Origin: Promethearchaeota archaeon | Lineage (GTDB): Archaea > Asgardarchaeota > Lokiarchaeia > Sigyniarchaeales > SOKP01 | Direction: 5' to 3' | Length of the DNA stretch: 64,000 nt | Assembly: GCA_048938895.1 (NCBI GenBank) | Contig: JBHLLU010000010.1 | Coordinates: 1-64,000 of the forward strand | In this document: positions 60,200 through 64,000 of the stretch, piece by piece | Position numbering within the stretch: position 1 is the first letter of the stretch | How the letters are laid out: the number at the start of each line of letters is the position of its first letter | The notes under the pieces: model-generated | The model's input: the letters and a program-made list of their open reading frames with translations, nothing else | Told to the model about the DNA's origin: nothing | Databases searched by the model: none | Translations under genes and position numbers: made by a program

Positions 60200-60928
60200 A
60201 TGTTTCAAGAATTTTATCTACCACCATTATTAGTTGTTTTCGCTCCTGCGTTCACTTTAGGTATTCTTCATACAGCACTTCCGTGTGAAGATAAAGCAAT
60301 CTTCTTTTTTTGGTCCTTTGGGATTTCTAAAACACCTCTACGTAGTGTTTTAATATTAGTTCTATATGGTCTAGGTTTAATGTCATCAAATTTACTATTA
60401 GCGTGTATAACAATTGTTATTAGTTTCCTTCCTCAGATATTTATTCCAGGTATTATTCCTAATGACTATACGATTAACTTTTTTGGAGCAGTTGTCTCTA
60501 TGTTTGCAAGTATAATTTTATTATTTTTTATTACAAGAAGAAAATATATACCCCATTCTAAATATAAGGATGAATTGAGTGAATTAAATTGGGAAAAAAA
60601 GAAAACACCATATCTTTTTGGTATCCTAGCAGGGTTTGCTCCTTGTATTTTTGAATTACTTATCTATTCTCAATGCTTACAATATTCACTTAGTGGGATT
60701 TTTATAGATGGCATTTTTACTGTATTCTATTTTTCTTTAGGTACTTTTGTAGGACTTTTTCCATTAGCTTTGGCAAAGCATGGAACTTCACAAATATTAA
60801 AAACTAAAGAACCAAAAACCAATCGAGTTTTACTTATAATGATATTGATAATTATAATATTCAACACTATTGTAATGATTTTGTCATTTTTGCGCATCCC
60901 GGTTTTCCCAAAAGTAAAGTTTGATTAA
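60200..60928 (+). CDS. Membrane protein, DsbD/CcdA- or NicO-like (LysE superfamily)
   Basis: GILHTALPCED and GILAGFAPC motifs, FSLGT; about 6 TM segments. Confidence 0.55.
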   Translation: MFQEFYLPPLLVVFAPAFTLGILHTALPCEDKAIFFFWSFGISKTPLRSVLILVLYGLGLMSSNLLLACITIVISFLPQIFIPGIIPNDYTINFFGAVVSMFASIILLFFITRRKYIPHSKYKDELSELNWEKKKTPYLFGILAGFAPCIFELLIYSQCLQYSLSGIFIDGIFTVFYFSLGTFVGLFPLALAKHGTSQILKTKEPKTNRVLLIMILIIIIFNTIVMILSFLRIPVFPKVKFD

Positions 60929-61087
60929 ATCTGGTAAGAACTTATTTGATATTAATGAAAAATTTAATTATCTTTAGATTATTCATATTATTTGAGATTG
61001 CCAAAATTTGGTCTATTAAAATATTTTAAGCTGTAATTTTTTTATAATAATATAGATTTCAAAAAACCTATAATAATAATAATAATA

Positions 61088-63457
61088 ATGAAATGCCTAT
61101 TCTGTGAGAGTCAAAATATCGATTATACTTGCGAAAAATGTAAATCGAGTTTCTGTATTAATCATATTGCCACAACAGAAATTCATGAGTGTAAAAAACA
61201 TAGTCTTATCTATTCAAAAGCGAAAGCGCTTGAAAGGAATTTTAAATGTACTGTAGTTGAAGAAAGTGAATGTCCTTCATGCAAATCTCTCCTAAGATTA
61301 GAAAGATTATCTTCAGGTCAATATTATTTGGAATGCACTAATCCTCAATGTCCGGACTCTTGGAATTCTTATTTAAAAACTCCCGGATTATTCTTTCCAA
61401 CAAAAGAAAAATTAGCAAGAGAAGCTTTACGGTATAATCTTATAAAAGGAAATAGATTGATTCTCTGCAGTAAAAAATTGAAACATATTATTGGAAAAGA
61501 AATATGTCCTAATTGTTTTTTGGATTTATTGAGAAGAGCCCCACTCATTAATTTCTCAACAATAATGAATTCGTTCAATATTTCTGCGGATCAAATGATA
61601 AAGTTTATCAATAAATATATGGATGAGGAACGAATTTATGGAATTATAGACCAGAAGAGTCAAATGTTTTACTATATCTCACCAGATTTACGAGAAAATT
61701 TATTATCCAAGTTTAATAATGAGGGAATAATTAAAGTAGAAGATATATCTACAATGTTAGATATGAGCAGTGAAATCGCTCGTAAAGTTATTTATAAATT
61801 AATCAATCAATTCCAAATAAAAGGTTCATTTTCACAAGATAAGAGTATATATTTCACTCAAAAATATATTTTAGATAATTTAATAGAATCAATTAATAAG
61901 AAAGGCAGAGTACCTATAAAAGAGTTGGCAAAAAATTTAGATTTACCACAGGAACTTGTAAAATCTTTCTGTGTTAATTTAATGAGAGCAAAAGCAGTTA
62001 ATGGCTATTTTGCAGATCGGGGCAATGAAATAATCACTGCAAATCAAATCTTCAGAGAGATTAAAGTTTTTGCAAAAGACACAGGTTTATTCGAACTTAA
62101 TAAACTAGCCACTAATTTAAAGATTGCTGTAGAATTAGCGAGAAAAAGTTTGCATGAATTAATTAAGACTGGTAAGATTAAAGGTTTGTTTACTCAAAGA
62201 AGAGAATTTATGACAAACAAGCATATGGAGATGAAGATAAAAGAAATTGCTCGGGCATATCGAACTATGCCTTTAAGAGAACTTTCAAATCGGTTAGGAG
62301 TGACTGAATCGAGTATAGAAGAAAATTTAGCACAAATTATTGCACGAGGGGATATTGATGGTTATATCGATATGTCAAAAAGAAACTTTACAGCTTATTC
62401 AGTACCAAGAGAAAAACCTCAAGAAGTTCAAGATATTCCAACTGCTACTGATGGTGGAAAAATTGAGGTTGTTCGTGACTATGATTTTGTAGGAGGGCAA
62501 CTCCATTTTAAAGTTGCTGTACGTAATATAACTAATATGGCTATAAATTCTGTAAAGGTAATCTTAGATGTTCCCAGTTCATATAAAGTAAAAACACCAT
62601 TAATCAACATCCCGGTTATTGAAGCAAAGAATTCAAGGGGAGTAGATTTTTACTTAGAACCAAAAGAATGTGGGATCTCTTCGATTGGGGGTGATGTTAT
62701 ATACAAAACAGCTGCAGGTGTAAAAAAGACTATTCATATCAAGAAACGCGAGGTTCAAATAAAATGTCCGTTGGTGGTATCGTGTTTATCAACTATAGAG
62801 GATGTTCAAATTACAATTCAAGATCTCCCAAACGATGCTCGAGCATTTTTAATAGCTGACTTGGATCCTAGATTAGCATATAGAGCAGCTGTTCGAACTC
62901 TAAAACGTTTTGAGGTAAGTACAGTAACATCTCATGAAGGGAAAGATACAAAAGGAAAATATGAAGCAGAATCTTGGCATTGTAGTGAGGCAAAAGTCAC
63001 CGGTGGTAGAATTGTCACGAGAATTTATGTTTCTGAAACAAATCAATCTCTAGAGGTAAGGGTGTGGTGTGGGGAAGCTGGTCAACTAACAGGCTTCTTA
63101 GCTAAAATTATCGAACTTCTTTTTGAAGAGATTAATATTATTCGAAAGATTAAATCGGAAGAAAGGGAAAAAACGATTGATGTAATGGCAATTACACAAA
63201 ATTTGGCTGAAATGTCTGATTATTGTATGTTAAGATGGAAAGCTCAGAATATTAGAAATAAATTACATGATACTTTTGTCCGTGTAAGAAAAATAATTGG
63301 AGATAATGAAGCGATCCTTGGAAGAATGGAGTTTTGGTTGACACAATTAAATAAATATGGAAAAGATGATAAAATCGATGATTCTGATGCAGATAAGCTT
63401 GTAAATGATCTTGAAAACTTCAAGTCTGTTATCGCTAGGGCTATTAAGATTAATTAA
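61088..63457 (+). CDS. Zn-finger + tandem winged-helix/PCI + beta-sandwich/platform multidomain protein
   Basis: N-terminal CxxC clusters; repeated G.I.G.(I/F)D wings; AYRTMPLRELSNRLGV...RGDIDGYID (PCI-like); FKVAVRN...VDFYLEP. Confidence 0.7.
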   Translation: MKCLFCESQNIDYTCEKCKSSFCINHIATTEIHECKKHSLIYSKAKALERNFKCTVVEESECPSCKSLLRLERLSSGQYYLECTNPQCPDSWNSYLKTPGLFFPTKEKLAREALRYNLIKGNRLILCSKKLKHIIGKEICPNCFLDLLRRAPLINFSTIMNSFNISADQMIKFINKYMDEERIYGIIDQKSQMFYYISPDLRENLLSKFNNEGIIKVEDISTMLDMSSEIARKVIYKLINQFQIKGSFSQDKSIYFTQKYILDNLIESINKKGRVPIKELAKNLDLPQELVKSFCVNLMRAKAVNGYFADRGNEIITANQIFREIKVFAKDTGLFELNKLATNLKIAVELARKSLHELIKTGKIKGLFTQRREFMTNKHMEMKIKEIARAYRTMPLRELSNRLGVTESSIEENLAQIIARGDIDGYIDMSKRNFTAYSVPREKPQEVQDIPTATDGGKIEVVRDYDFVGGQLHFKVAVRNITNMAINSVKVILDVPSSYKVKTPLINIPVIEAKNSRGVDFYLEPKECGISSIGGDVIYKTAAGVKKTIHIKKREVQIKCPLVVSCLSTIEDVQITIQDLPNDARAFLIADLDPRLAYRAAVRTLKRFEVSTVTSHEGKDTKGKYEAESWHCSEAKVTGGRIVTRIYVSETNQSLEVRVWCGEAGQLTGFLAKIIELLFEEINIIRKIKSEEREKTIDVMAITQNLAEMSDYCMLRWKAQNIRNKLHDTFVRVRKIIGDNEAILGRMEFWLTQLNKYGKDDKIDDSDADKLVNDLENFKSVIARAIKIN

Positions 63458-63571
63458 ATAAACCCAAAAACACATAAAAAAAATTTATAAACCTTATATA
63501 CTATATGTTATATTAAATAATTAGTATCTTTCCCTATAATTTTCATTCAATTAATAAAAAGTGAGAACCTA

Positions 63572-63988
63572 ATGTCACCAATCATCTCGATCTCAATTAA
63601 TGAGAACCTTAAAAAGTTCATAAATAAATTAGTTTCAAGGAATCAGTACGAAAACAAATCTAAATTAATCAGAGATGCGTTATTACGATTAATGTCAACA
63701 ATAGATATTTCAAGCATGGATCTTGCCAGCGAATTAGCTCCAATTCCTAAAAGAATAGTAGGAAATCTTATCCTCATTGCTCCTAATGATTATTTAATAC
63801 AAAAGAAGCTAAATAGAATAGAAAATGAATATAAAGATCAAATTATTAGTAAAAACGTTAATTTTGTGAATCAGAACTCTATTATATTCATGATCTTCGA
63901 AGGTCAAGTGCAGGATTTTCAGAAACTCGTTGTCGAAATCAACAGCATCGAAGAGATTAAAAATTTTAGATATTTAATTGTTAATTAA
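63572..63988 (+). CDS. CopG/NikR-like ribbon-helix-helix regulator with ACT-like C-terminus
   Basis: IISISINENL...YENKSKLIRDAL; His nickel ligands of NikR not evident. Confidence 0.8.
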   Translation: MSPIISISINENLKKFINKLVSRNQYENKSKLIRDALLRLMSTIDISSMDLASELAPIPKRIVGNLILIAPNDYLIQKKLNRIENEYKDQIISKNVNFVNQNSIIFMIFEGQVQDFQKLVVEINSIEEIKNFRYLIVN

Positions 63989-64000
63989 TTTTGTTAGATT

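Noticed and set aside
63572-63988. Calling this gene nikR with 60200 as its nickel transporter
   Set aside because: The protein lacks the His ligands of NikR, and the membrane protein assignment is ambiguous

Overview
AT-rich archaeal chromosomal window whose gene content (actin-related protein, gelsolin-domain protein, two roadblock proteins, MglA-like GTPase, PCI/winged-helix protein, bacterial-type gyrase) points to an Asgard archaeon, probably Lokiarchaeia (inference). It opens with a large secreted protein gene missing from the ORF track, made of at least 12 tandem 267-bp repeats. It continues with a co-oriented gelsolin/roadblock/vWA/actin/CHAT-like cluster, housekeeping genes (gyrBA, folP, cofE, asnS, gatAB, hisA), acyl-CoA metabolism, two orphan DNA methyltransferases and several tandem paralog pairs. 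Main result: gyrB is interrupted between codons 23 and 24 by a 53-nt frame-breaking insert (33539-33591). Its junctions fold into a canonical bulge-helix-bulge motif, and cutting at the standard positions restores GLDGV|RKRPAMYIG exactly, so this is a candidate endonuclease-spliced mRNA intron. Three genes also appear to need non-canonical start codons. No rRNA, tRNA, CRISPR array or transposase was recognised. All assignments come from reading motifs by eye, with no database searches.
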